Assembly: GCA_030295235.1 (NCBI GenBank)
Contig: AP026135.1
Span: 496,001 to 560,000, forward strand
Direction: 5' to 3'
Length of the DNA stretch: 64,000 bases
From: Fistulifera solaris
Lineage: Eukaryota
The position numbers were made by a program, and so were the translations under genes. Position 1 is the stretch's first letter; each line of letters starts with the position of its first letter. Of the stretch, positions 51,995 to 62,619 are shown in pieces. Under the pieces are notes generated by a model. It had not been told where the DNA came from. It saw nothing but the letters and a program-made list of their open reading frames with translations, and searched no databases.

Positions 51995-52936
51995 ATGGCA
52001 GCCGTCACGGATGTGCAATTAAAGCAGACGATCGAGAAACTCGTGCCCCACGTGGATATCGAGTCGACAGGCTTGAAAGCCTTCATGAAACTTCTGTCCG
52101 CTGAATTAGGAGGAGTTGATCTGAAAGTTCGAAAAGCTTTTATCCGCGAGACGCTTGCGGATGCTATCACGCGCATGTCACAGGATCAAGATGACGAAGG
52201 GGACGCTCGTGACGTCTCGGAAGACGATGCCGAATTTGACGACGACAGCGTGGAAGCACCAACTACAAGCAAGAACAAACGAAAAACAAAGAAACAAGAC
52301 GGATCAGGAGGTGGAGGCCTCGCTGAACGAAAGGAAATTAGTCCGCAACTGAGCGCTTTCTTCGGAAAAGGCAACAAGATGGCCCGTACAGAAATTGTCA
52401 AAAGTCTATGGGAATACGTTCGAGAGCATGATTTGCAGAACCCTTCAAACAAACGAGAAATCATTCTGGATGGGGCCATGAAAAGCGTTTTCGGATGCGA
52501 CACTTTCACCATTTTCAGCATGAACAAGTACATTAGTGCTCACATTCATCCCTTCAAACCGGTCGACTTGACCTCTAATACCGAACCCGCCAAGAAAAGA
52601 AAAGTTACACCCACGAAAGCAGCGAACAAGAAGCGCAAAACTGGTACACAGCCGCCCTACCGCCTCTCCGATGATCTCGTCGCTGTGGTCGGAAAACCAA
52701 TTCTTCCCCGCCCCCAAGTCGTTTCTGCCATTTGGGAATACATCAAATCGAATGACCTCCAAAATCCGAATGACAAACGAGAAATTCTATGTGATGCAAA
52801 ACTCGAAGTGGTTATGAAGCGAAAGAAAGTATCTATGTTTAAGATGAATCAGCTCATCTCTCCGCATTTAATTGAAAAGGTTGACAGGAGTGAATATCAA
52901 CACCGAGACTACGACGACGAAAGTGACGAAGAATGA
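51995..52936 (+). CDS. DEK-C + two SWIB/MDM2 domains (UAF30/Spp27-like)
   Basis: N-terminal DEK_C-like helix bundle; two SWIB repeats (RTEIVKSLWEYVREHDLQNPSNKREIILD; RPQVVSAIWEYIKSNDLQNPNDKREILCD). Confidence 0.88.
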   Translation: MAAVTDVQLKQTIEKLVPHVDIESTGLKAFMKLLSAELGGVDLKVRKAFIRETLADAITRMSQDQDDEGDARDVSEDDAEFDDDSVEAPTTSKNKRKTKKQDGSGGGGLAERKEISPQLSAFFGKGNKMARTEIVKSLWEYVREHDLQNPSNKREIILDGAMKSVFGCDTFTIFSMNKYISAHIHPFKPVDLTSNTEPAKKRKVTPTKAANKKRKTGTQPPYRLSDDLVAVVGKPILPRPQVVSAIWEYIKSNDLQNPNDKREILCDAKLEVVMKRKKVSMFKMNQLISPHLIEKVDRSEYQHRDYDDESDEE

Positions 52937-52988
52937 ATAGACTGTGAACAAAGATATCCGGTGCTGAATTTACAATTTAAATCGAACA

Positions 52989-53495
52989 TTATCCACGCAG
53001 CGACTTTTCGTATAAATCATCTACGATCTGATTCAAACCCCGTCTCTTGCGGTTTGCGACTCTCTGAGCCATACCTGCCGATCGTCGCTTGGACTTGCGA
53101 ATAGCTTCCTCCCTCCATTTGGGATTTTTAACGTAATCTCGTAAATTCCACAGAACGATGCTATCTCCCACATATTGAAAGAGAGGCTCTCGAAAGGTTC
53201 CTGGTGTCAATCGGTTTCTTCGAAGCAGTGCGGCCTGTTGTTGCACGTCTGTCGTTCCCGCAAGAACTTTCTCTTTCCAAGCCTTTTGTTCCTTAATCTT
53301 CATGTGCACCTCACAAGAAGTATCATCACAGCAGCTGAAACAGCCCTTCACGGTACAACCTTCTCGGGCCCGACGTTTGTTGCAGCTGCTGCATAAAGGC
53401 ACTGAAGATACCGATTTCGTTGATTCGATCGCTGGTTCAGGGTGGTCGTCGGACTCGAGAACGTGTGTTTCTTCTTGAAGCTCTGAGTCGTCCAT
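52989..53495 (-). CDS. Small basic protein with Cys/His zinc finger
   Basis: CSSC-x8-C-x4-C-x2-CC-x4-C-x2-H; basic C-terminus. Confidence 0.65.
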   Translation of the reverse strand: MDDSELQEETHVLESDDHPEPAIESTKSVSSVPLCSSCNKRRAREGCTVKGCFSCCDDTSCEVHMKIKEQKAWKEKVLAGTTDVQQQAALLRRNRLTPGTFREPLFQYVGDSIVLWNLRDYVKNPKWREEAIRKSKRRSAGMAQRVANRKRRGLNQIVDDLYEKSLRG

Positions 53496-53734
53496 CTCGT
53501 TTTTGATATTAGCACACTTTTATCAGAAGTCTTATGAGTTAATCATGATGAAGTTAATTAAAAATAAAGGTCAACAAAGAAACACGCAGCACGCAGCGTT
53601 CGATCCAAAAAAAAAACCGCTACGTTTTCGGCGTCGTAGCGCGTATAAAAATAATGAGTTCTTCTTTAGCACGACTGGATCTCCGTCGTAAGTCCCGATG
53701 AGTCGGCCCGTTTGTAATGATGACAAGTGACAAG

Positions 53735-53769
53735 ATGATGATGATGATGATGTGATGATGATGATGATG
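53735..53769 (+). repeat. (GAT)n microsatellite
   Basis: Imperfect ATG/GAT run just upstream of ATG 53793. Confidence 0.85.
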
Positions 53770-53792
53770 TTCGTCTAAAATATTACATTATC

Positions 53793-54836
53793 ATGAACAA
53801 CACTGCGGTAAGGATGAACCAAGGATTGAAGAATACAGGATCTTTTCTGGCTTCATCTGCAGAGAAAACACAAGCCTTACGGACGCTGTTTCAATGGATT
53901 GAAAAACGATACGGCGGATTACCGTTCGACAAAGGACCTGCCGCCGAAATCATCACGTGCGACAAAGTTCTCCAAACTTCCGATTTAAAACGCTTAATGC
54001 AACACCAGGCGACAGCAATTCATGTCAAAGGCTTTTATGATTTGCAAGCTGCTGTCGAACTGGGGAAGGAACTAGCACACGAAGCAGGTGTTCGCAACTG
54101 GAAAGTCAGTACGAGTCGGGGTCTAGAAAGTTCCGATGTTTCGACACTCGGTGAACATGCTCCCTATAACGTCGTCGCGGCGTCTCCAAAAGGTATTCGC
54201 TTGCAAGCCGAGGATGAGTATTTTGATGGCGTGCAAAAAGAGCTACAAAGGAGGCGGACGGTTGCAACCGAACATGGTGTCCGACATCGTTTGTGGCCCC
54301 TCGATTTACTGCGACTGTCCCTCGATGAAGCATGGCCTGCTGGAGCTGGATTGGCACGAGAATCGAAGGGCAAGAAACGCCCCTACAGTGGCGGTTTGCC
54401 TCGAATAATGAAAGGTCCTACACGTTGGCGAAAAGGTTTCATTCACGTAGATGAGATGGGTATTTTGAATCCTCAGAAAGGTCTTTTCAGTGCTAATATA
54501 TATCTTCAAATGCCCGACGATTCACGGGAGAATGCGGACGCTCTTACCCCACAGAAGATTCTGGATATATGGCCCGTCGCAATTCGTTCACGCTGGGATT
54601 GGTACCGCAATGCTCTGTTGTTGTCTGGATTGTCATCACAAGACACCGAAGATCAAATGCGACTTCGATTTTGTCTCGGTGATCCGTTGTCTATTGCGGT
54701 GGCACCCGGTGATCTCATCTTAATTTGCGCGCAACGACCACATGCTGCGGTGGGATTTCAAAGTGGAGTACGCGTGTCGTTGCAATGTTTTGTACAACAC
54801 AATGGACTGGACCAGCGCCTTTTGATTGACAGCTAA
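53793..54836 (+). CDS. Putative 2-oxoglutarate/Fe(II) dioxygenase
   Basis: GFIHVD (HxD), FSANIYLQ, PGDLIL, RPHAA (distal His), RVSLQCF (RxS). Confidence 0.6.
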   Translation: MNNTAVRMNQGLKNTGSFLASSAEKTQALRTLFQWIEKRYGGLPFDKGPAAEIITCDKVLQTSDLKRLMQHQATAIHVKGFYDLQAAVELGKELAHEAGVRNWKVSTSRGLESSDVSTLGEHAPYNVVAASPKGIRLQAEDEYFDGVQKELQRRRTVATEHGVRHRLWPLDLLRLSLDEAWPAGAGLARESKGKKRPYSGGLPRIMKGPTRWRKGFIHVDEMGILNPQKGLFSANIYLQMPDDSRENADALTPQKILDIWPVAIRSRWDWYRNALLLSGLSSQDTEDQMRLRFCLGDPLSIAVAPGDLILICAQRPHAAVGFQSGVRVSLQCFVQHNGLDQRLLIDS

Positions 54837-54886
54837 AACATTTCGCGTGGGCCTTAGCGTTAAGAACGTTATTTAAAAATATAATT

Positions 54887-56326
54887 TTAATCTTTCGGTA
54901 TAACGGCAGAGACTGGGAAAGGATCGCGCTTACTGAGAACCAGTATTCGTTTCGCGTGCGAGAGGTAGCCGCGAATCAAACCTTGATAAATTAAATTTGC
55001 TAGAATGCATTCAATTTCATCCAAATCCATGGGTATACCCAACCACTTAAAAGAATTGTGGACATGCGCTAGGTGGATCTGGAAAGAGTTTACGATGTAA
55101 TGGATACGCTTGAACAAATTTCGATAGCACACTTTTTGCATTTCTCGAGCAACAAATAAGTGCCTTGTCTGAACAAAACAGCAAACATGAGTGCTTTATT
55201 TCCTGGAAATACCTTGAAAAAGTAATTAGTCACATACGACGAACGACGTACCGGATAAATCGATGCTGATACTCAATCAAGGCGTTATTGAATGTTCGTA
55301 AATCTCCTTTTCGAATACTGTCGACGATGGATACAAACTCTTCTAGACCATATTTGGCAAGCACTGGAAATAATGAATAAGAAAACGTGTGAATAAGGAT
55401 CTTGAGTATCTGCGCAAGATAACGGCACATCACCAAGTCTTACATTGAGGACTAGGCAATCTTCCCCGGAAAATTTTGACCGGGACCAGATAGCGCAAAA
55501 TAGCTTTCTTGTTGTGTACGGCGTTTTTATGGCACATGGAAAAGGCGAACTCTAAGTGATCGTCCGCGTCTTGATACTGATCTTCAAACAGATATAATCG
55601 CCCCACGTAATAACGATAGGTAACTAGATGTCCCATACTTCCCTGTTCGTGTAACTTTCTGGTTTCCACAGGTCGCAACAGATTCCGGCACAATCGCAAG
55701 GTATTCAAACGAAAGTAAATGGCAAACAGTTCGTTAACAATGGCCAAGACTCCGGCTTTTTTGGATCCTTCTTCGCTAAGAGGCGCCTGAGGATGGTATT
55801 CTTTGCGGTCATTAATGGTGCGACTGAAACTTTCCTGCAATAAAGTGACTGCGTTGTGTAGTTTAGCGTGATCCTGTGACGTAGCTTCTTGGTCGGCCGC
55901 GACGGCCACGTGATGGGTCGATCGACAAACGGATTGCAGTGCCGGTATCAACAGATTGCCATCGGAACTATCCAACAATTTGTTGAAATGGGCATGTAAT
56001 TTGGCTTGACTGTCGTAAGCGAGAACAGCGTATCCCTTGTTTCACAGATAAGAGTGAGAAAATCTGTTTGCAAAAACTCGTACTCGATGCCAAACGCACG
56101 AAACAACACACTCACGTACCGCTTCCGCCGCTTGGTAGGCATCCAACCACGCCGTCAGGACGGGACCCCAATCCGTGCCTCCAATTTCTAGCGTTTCGGA
56201 ATTCGACGTCGGAGGCGGAGCGCCTTTGGTCGGCGCGATGGGAGGAATCCTTAATACTTCGGCCACGCGAAACGGATCTCGTGCCGCCGTCACAAAGTTC
56301 TTCTTGAGCACGCGACGATCCGTCAT
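54887..56326 (-). CDS. PCID2: PCI domain-containing protein 2 (PCID2/Thp1/CSN12-like); introns 56036-56119, 55364-55443, 55169-55251
   Basis: SKKAGVL.IVN.LF.IYFRLN, VTYRYYVGRL, NKK.IL.YLVPV, DEIECILANLIYQGLIRGYLSH...LVLSK.DPFP. Confidence 0.9.
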
Positions 56327-56756
56327 GTCTTGTCCAAAGTTCGTATTTGCCGAAAAAACAGAAAGAATCAGACTTGGAAACCACGTTTACAAACTTATCA
56401 ATTTAATGATAATGAAGATGCGAAGAACACACAAATCACGCGATGAATGACTCTCTCTCTAGAGACCTTTGGGCAATAATGAGCGCGGATGCGATCTATT
56501 TTTGTTGTTAACATCTGATGAGGCCGGCGACGAGTGACACGTTTTATTTTTAGTGCTGTCGTAAGGTTACTAGCAGGCACGGACTCACATTATTCAAAAA
56601 ACAAGTTTGCGTCTAAACGGTACCCGTAGTTTCCACCTACTACATTCATTTTTACTGACGAGAAAGATGCAGCGATGATAACGTTCAAATAATTGATAGT
56701 TAATGTTCTCTTCAAAAAAGAAAAAAATACTTGTAACGAGCTCTATTACAAAGAGA

Positions 56757-58223
56757 ATGTCAGATGGTTTTACGAATCGGATAGCCCAATTAGCCTTGTC
56801 TCATTACACAAACGAGCTACCTACCAAAGGAAAACCAGGCGACCGCGAATGAACCGTTTATGCGGCCCTCATAGGTGTGATGCAGGACGATATGTGGGTC
56901 GTTTGTAGTGCTACTGGTACGAAATGTACCGCTCAACGCTGTCGTGGTCACATTGTGCACGATGCGCATGCGGAAGTATTGGTGCGCCGGGGATTGATTC
57001 GCGTGTTGTGGCACGAAATTATCAGCTCCTCGTCCACCGAATCATCGGTGTCCTCGACTTTACGACGACGGCTTCTCGAGCATATTCCAAATCAAGTATC
57101 GGAGGATAACAACGATCAGCTTACGGAGATGTTGCGCCTGAGAAAAAATTTGCAACTCTACATGTACATTTCCGATTCTCCTTGCGGTGACGCTTCGATT
57201 TATCCAGTTAGAGTCAATAGTGATGAATCGAAGAGTGACAACAAGTCGGCCAATAACACCTATCCTCCGTCGGAACTGTTGTTTACGGGAGCCAAAGCAA
57301 TTGTGTCGTCGTCCGATGCCACGAAAATAGCAGAATCTAGTGGTCCGTTACTGCAGTCGCACAATAGCTTACAGCATTTAGTACGCGAGCCAAAAGCACA
57401 ATTCGTCGGACAATTGCGCTCTAAATCGGGACGGTCGAATCTAGAATCATCCCGTCGATCCTTTTCGATGTCCTGCAGTGACAAGTTGGTTCGATGGAGT
57501 GTCCTGGGATTGCAAGGACAGGCTTTGAGTGCTCTAATTCCCCAACCTATTCGCATAACCGGTATAGTGGTGAGTGTGGATCCGCGGGCCTTGTCGGTCC
57601 TGGAACATTTGAAAGCGATTGAGCGCGCCATTCCTCAGCGGGTGGTTTTAACCTTACGATCTCTCCCGTTGATTGACAATAACAACGAGCCTTCTCTCAT
57701 TCCAAAAATATCCATGACAGAGCATGTCTTTGCAAAAGGCAAAGCCGTCGTCGAACACTCTTCTTCCATGGTATCGGAGTCATCGGAAGTTGGTAACTTT
57801 ACACACGACAAGAAGCGCAAACGAGAGAATGATGGCTCTTACAAGGAGAAAGCGACATTGTCTACGTCATCCGGAATGGCCGTTCACTGGCAACAATGCG
57901 ATCCACCCGCGGCAGTGGAATTGCTAGTGGGTGCTCGTGGCATTCGACAGGGGAAAAAACCCAAATCGGACGAGGATATTCTTCAACTGCGGTCGCGCTT
58001 GAGTCGATCGAGTCTGTTTGAATTGGCGACTAGTCACTGTCATGATAAAATAAAGCCACAACTGCAGTCCCGAAGCTACCAAGATTGGAAGCAGCAAGTG
58101 GGTCGTGATTCTTACACGGCTCGGAAACGTGCCATTTTGTCACAAGGACCCTTGTCGGATTGGTTGGTGACTAACGAAACTAGTGATTTCCCACTTAACA
58201 ATAGCACAAAGCAATTCAAGTAG
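56757..58223 (+). CDS. ADAT1: tRNA-specific adenosine deaminase 1 (ADAR-family A_deamin); in-frame TGA at 56850-56852
   Basis: GKP...E*TVYAA, SATGTKC, HDAHAEVLVRR, PCGDASI, LRSKSGR, SMSCSDKLVRW..LG.QG; no dsRNA-binding domains. Confidence 0.85.
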
Positions 58224-58287
58224 CCGCAGTTGCCACCGTTATAGAAATCCTGGCTGCTGCTGTTTGTACTTTTCGTCTCTTCGCTTT

Positions 58288-58929
58288 CTATAAAGGAAGA
58301 TAATTGCCTTGCTGATTTTTGTAAATCTGTCCCGATATTTGCAATTCAGCCAGAAATTCCTCCACCGTCCCTTGATCAATTTGAAAGAAAAGCGCCAAAT
58401 CTTCCATGGCGACCCCAGGTGGTGAATTCTGTCCGTCTTCACTAATGGTAGACTCTAGTTGAATAATTTCTAGAAAATCCTCCGGCGTTAGTTTTGGGAC
58501 AGGAAATCCGTTCTCCATGGATATGTTTTGATTCGAGAGATCATGTTGTTGTTGTTGCCAGGAGAGCTCAAACCACCGTACGAGTTCCGCATGCGGATCA
58601 TCGTCGTGAATTGCTATTTGTTCGGCTTTTAAAATAAACTCTGGTGATTGTTGAGGTGATGAAAGATTCTCTACACGGACGATGCAATCCAGCAATTTTC
58701 CTAGAAATGTTTCGTGTGAACTGGCTTCACATTTCTGTATCATGTATTGAGGTACGTGTATAACCACCAACCCCGTACCATCGTCTAATGTTATTTCCGT
58801 ATAGTCGTTTGTTTCGTTCTGCCACGATATCGCCCATCCCATGAGACGAAGTGACGAGTAGTGCCGCATTCGTTCAGAGACCTCGACGAAGAAACAGCGA
58901 TGAGGACAAGTTCGTGTGTTCGTCGCCAT
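58288..58929 (-). CDS. OB-fold + winged-helix ssDNA-binding protein (STN1/RPA2-like)
   Basis: ITLDDGTG, DDPHAEL..W, C-terminal ELQISGQIY. Confidence 0.6.
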   Translation of the reverse strand: MATNTRTCPHRCFFVEVSERMRHYSSLRLMGWAISWQNETNDYTEITLDDGTGLVVIHVPQYMIQKCEASSHETFLGKLLDCIVRVENLSSPQQSPEFILKAEQIAIHDDDPHAELVRWFELSWQQQQHDLSNQNISMENGFPVPKLTPEDFLEIIQLESTISEDGQNSPPGVAMEDLALFFQIDQGTVEEFLAELQISGQIYKNQQGNYLPL

Positions 58930-59983
58930 ATTTGATCAAAATTGTCGTGTTTCGTGAGTGGTCTGCATCTCTGTTTCGTTCTCTCTTTGAAGAGCTTATT
59001 TGTTACAAAAGATAAGGAGAATAAATAAAGTAGTAAACCAGTCTCACAAACAATGCAAGTGTTATCGTTTATTTGCTTTTGGTGCTTCAAAATAAGCAAT
59101 GACGTGCGGGTGTGCCACGGGATTGCGGATAGCAGGCAGACTACTAGCGACTCAACATCTCCGGACTTAGTTGCATTTTAGGTTACTTTCAACATACGAC
59201 CCAAAAGACTAGGCCCTATGGTCTTTGCACAATTTAGTTTGATCGTAAGAAAGGTGGTAGTTGGAAAGCAATGCAATACAAGAATGTTAGAGCCACATTC
59301 GTGAGCTCAGAATTTCAAGATAAAACATTCTCGGCGGAACCATCACCCAGTGAGGCTCCACCTTGATCATCTTGTCGGATTTGTAAAGGCTTCATAATAT
59401 TGTTGTTTGCAAAGATTTGACTGTGAATCGTCTTAGCTCTACCAGATCATTCCTCTTCTGCTGTTGCGAAACGTAGCGACTTCTGGCTTCTAGTTGACAG
59501 AGAATATTTCCAATTTCTGTCCGTCGATACGTGAGAAGGGGCCGGACATGTTTGGATAATAATTGGTATGACCGAAAATGTAGGCTTGACTTTTAGTGAC
59601 TCAACAAGTCCAGTCCCGTTGAAAGCGACCGAAATTATTTTTCGTTTTTGACTTATATTGAGATAATACTTCCCTGACATTAATCCCTTATATAGTAAAT
59701 TGATCGTTGTTGCTCTGTGATACTGCTGCTTTTGCTGGAAGGAAAAAATAGTCTCATATAACGTTCTTGGCTCATGATTGAAATGCAAGCACGAGAAAAG
59801 TGCTTCCACCATTTGTGACTATAGTAAATTTTCAACGGGACTCGCTGCGCGATTTCTCTGATGACGAGATGACATTAAAATTGTTGCGAGCAGTTCATTC
59901 ATTTTTACTTTTTGTCTACATTCCTTGTTTTCTCTTTGTTTATTTTCTTTTTTAATAGCAATACACATTTACCTTTCTAAATC

Positions 59984-61231
59984 ATGAAACTACTGAAGAA
60001 GCAAATCAGCGCGAAAGACGGCAGCGGCACTGTCTTGCTTCGGCCCGATACCTCCGAAGATCTCTGGCATGCGTACAATTTGTTGCAAATCGGTGACTGC
60101 GTTCGCTGCACGACGGTCCGCAAAGTTACGAAAGAAAGTTCTACGGGTAGTACACAGAGCAATAAAAAACGCATGATGTTGACGGTGGCCGTCGAAAAGG
60201 TCGATTTCGACGCCGATGTCTTGCAAGTCCGCCTGTCCGGAACGGTCCAAGCGGAAAGTGAATTTGTTCGCATGGGAGCATATCATACGTTAACGCTGGA
60301 ATTGAATCAAAATTTCAGTGTCGAAAAACAATGCTGGGATCAAGTGTATTTGGATTTAATTGAAGAGGCCTGTCATCCGGATCGACAAGCCGAAGTCGCA
60401 GCGATTGTTCTGCAGAGTGGCCTCGCACACGTGTGCTTGGTCACGGGCGCACTCACTGTCACAAAAGCACGAATTGAAACCAATATACCCAAGAAACGGA
60501 CGGGTAGTAGCAATCATGCGAAAGCGACGACGAAATTTTACGAAGCCGTCTATCAAGCGGTTTTACGGCATGTCGATTTCCAAAAAGTCAAATGTGTCAT
60601 ACTCGCTTCACCAGGTTTCGTGAAAGATGATTTCTACAAGTATATGCAAGAACAGGCGGTGCGGAGAGAAGATAAGGTATTATTGGAACACAAGTCCAAA
60701 TTTGTTCTGTGCCGGGCGAGTTCAGGACACAAACATGCGTTGGAAGAAGTCTTTGCCGATCCCACTATATTATCGCAAATGACGGAAACTAAAGTAGCCA
60801 AAGAAGTGCAAGTTTTGAATACATTCATGCGGCTAATGTCAACAGATCCTGATCGAGCGTATTATGGATACCATCATGTTGCCCAGGCGCATGAACAACT
60901 AGCCATTGATTCGTTACTGGTGACCGATGAACTTTTTCGCAATTCGAACGTTGCTACACGGAAGAAGTACGTAGCCTTAGTCGAATCGGTTCGCGAACAC
61001 GGCGGTAAAGTTTATGTTTTTAGTTCGATGCACGTTTCGGGTCAACAGTTGCAGCAAGTGTCGGGTGTCGCCGCTATTCTGCGGTATCCCTTGCCCGATC
61101 TTGACGAACTGGAAGAACAAGCGAATGATCCCTTCCTGCCGAGTAACATTCGCATGGAGAGCGATGACGATGAAGAAGAGTATGATCCTGAAAAGCGTAT
61201 ACAAGAGGATATGCGAGATATGGGGCTCTAA
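59984..61231 (+). CDS. PELO: Pelota/Dom34 ribosome rescue factor
   Basis: MKL..., EDLWHAYNL..GD.V...T.RKV, MGAYHTL, ASPGFVKD, RAYYG, FSSMHVSGQQL...GVAAILRYP. Confidence 0.97.
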   Translation: MKLLKKQISAKDGSGTVLLRPDTSEDLWHAYNLLQIGDCVRCTTVRKVTKESSTGSTQSNKKRMMLTVAVEKVDFDADVLQVRLSGTVQAESEFVRMGAYHTLTLELNQNFSVEKQCWDQVYLDLIEEACHPDRQAEVAAIVLQSGLAHVCLVTGALTVTKARIETNIPKKRTGSSNHAKATTKFYEAVYQAVLRHVDFQKVKCVILASPGFVKDDFYKYMQEQAVRREDKVLLEHKSKFVLCRASSGHKHALEEVFADPTILSQMTETKVAKEVQVLNTFMRLMSTDPDRAYYGYHHVAQAHEQLAIDSLLVTDELFRNSNVATRKKYVALVESVREHGGKVYVFSSMHVSGQQLQQVSGVAAILRYPLPDLDELEEQANDPFLPSNIRMESDDDEEEYDPEKRIQEDMRDMGL

Positions 61232-61269
61232 TGCTAAATAAGAGAGTAATATGTTAAAAGTAGCTCTTA

Positions 61270-62261
61270 TCATATCAACCCCGATTCTTCGTACCATGCC
61301 GCTGGGTTCTTTAGTTGCAAAGAAAGAGACTCATATAGTTCTTCTAACGTCCCGCTGTTATCAATCTGGGCGGTCACGACACCTTTAGCAGACTCATCCG
61401 AAAGATTTCCAATCCCTCGACGACTCTGTTGTGCTTCGACTCGTTTCATGGCTTCCTCCCGCGACAGTCCTCGATTCTCCATCATGCGCTGCAAAGCGAC
61501 CTCCTGCGGTACAGTTATTACCCAAACCGCATCGAGAAAGGTGTGTTGCCATCCTGCATCTAGCAATACCGCCGCTTCTACGACAATGATCGGTTGTTTG
61601 GAGGAAAGTGAAGCATCATTGCTACTCAAAGTCAGCCACTCGAACCGTATCCTTTCTATCCGCTTCTCAATTTCCGACTGTACCTGTGGCCATACCATGG
61701 CTTCTAAGGTACGCATGGCATCCCGATCGGCAAAGACGATACTCCCCAATTTCTTGCGGTCGATACGACCGTCTGGAGCCATTATTTCGTCGCCAAAGGC
61801 TCGTCGAACTTGCTCGACGACTGGACTAGTTGGTTCATAAATGGCATGAGCGATGGAATCTGTGTCTTTATATCAAGAAAAAGAGAGAGGAAGAAAGTAC
61901 AAGAGTTGCGATTATGAGCAAGATTTCAAGAATAAAACCCTCGGTGTGATTGTTTTGTTGGTTGATTCTTCGTACCGATATGAGCTAGAGCATTTAGTTG
62001 CGACACCAACAGCTTACAGGCGGCACTTTTACCCGATCCGATTCCTCCACAAACACCTAATACTTTGATGGGATGATTGTCAACTTTTCGTGTCAAGGGT
62101 AAATCCGTCATGCGTTCAAATGAAGTCGATTTGTCTGGGCTGTCGGTCGATGAAAGTAGATGAGAAGACGACATGAAACGATTGTTGCCGCAAAAGGCCG
62201 TCAAAAATTGGGGAAATGAAACAAGAAGGAACACAATTAGTCGAAGAAGACGAAAGATCAT
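61270..62261 (-). CDS. coaE: Dephospho-CoA kinase with bipartite-like presequence; intron 61866-61975
   Basis: VLGVCGGIGSGKS, splice rebuilds IDTDSIAH, G.IDRKKLG.IVF, VVEAAVLL, IDNSG. Confidence 0.88.
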
Positions 62262-62619
62262 TCTACTCTAGATGTTCAAAGGATCGTTTGCATAATCATC
62301 AATGAGGTACTGGTATGCAAAAAATAAGTTGTTGTCAGGAAGGAGTCACGCTCTGCCTGGTAATGATTCACGAGCGAGTCAACCTTACAGTTTGGGGGTC
62401 GTGAAAATGTGTCGTGATTGTCGTACCGATTATCGCCTTGCAATAAGTAACTGCCGTTGAAATGGGGAGAACGGACGAGGAAAATGAACAGCATCATCGG
62501 GTTTTGTTGTCGGAGTGCATTTACGTCAAAAGTGGAAGCAGGCGAAAGGAAGAGTGGTGGATAGTAAATAGTCTTGAAAGTAACAGACAGATCTCTTTGA
62601 AGCCAAAGAATCGAATAAT

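Noticed and set aside
51995..52936. UAF30-like gene near the rDNA as functional linkage
   Set aside because: It is 13 kb away with unrelated genes between; no sequence evidence of linkage.
42097..61231. Apparent cluster of nucleic-acid genes (UNG, DNMT5, SWIB, 2OG oxygenase, PCID2, ADAT1, STN1-like, pelota) as a DNA-modification system
   Set aside because: Mixed orientations and housekeeping functions; the oxygenase shows no TET/JBP or AlkB features I can recognise. Proximity in a compact genome is enough explanation without synteny data.
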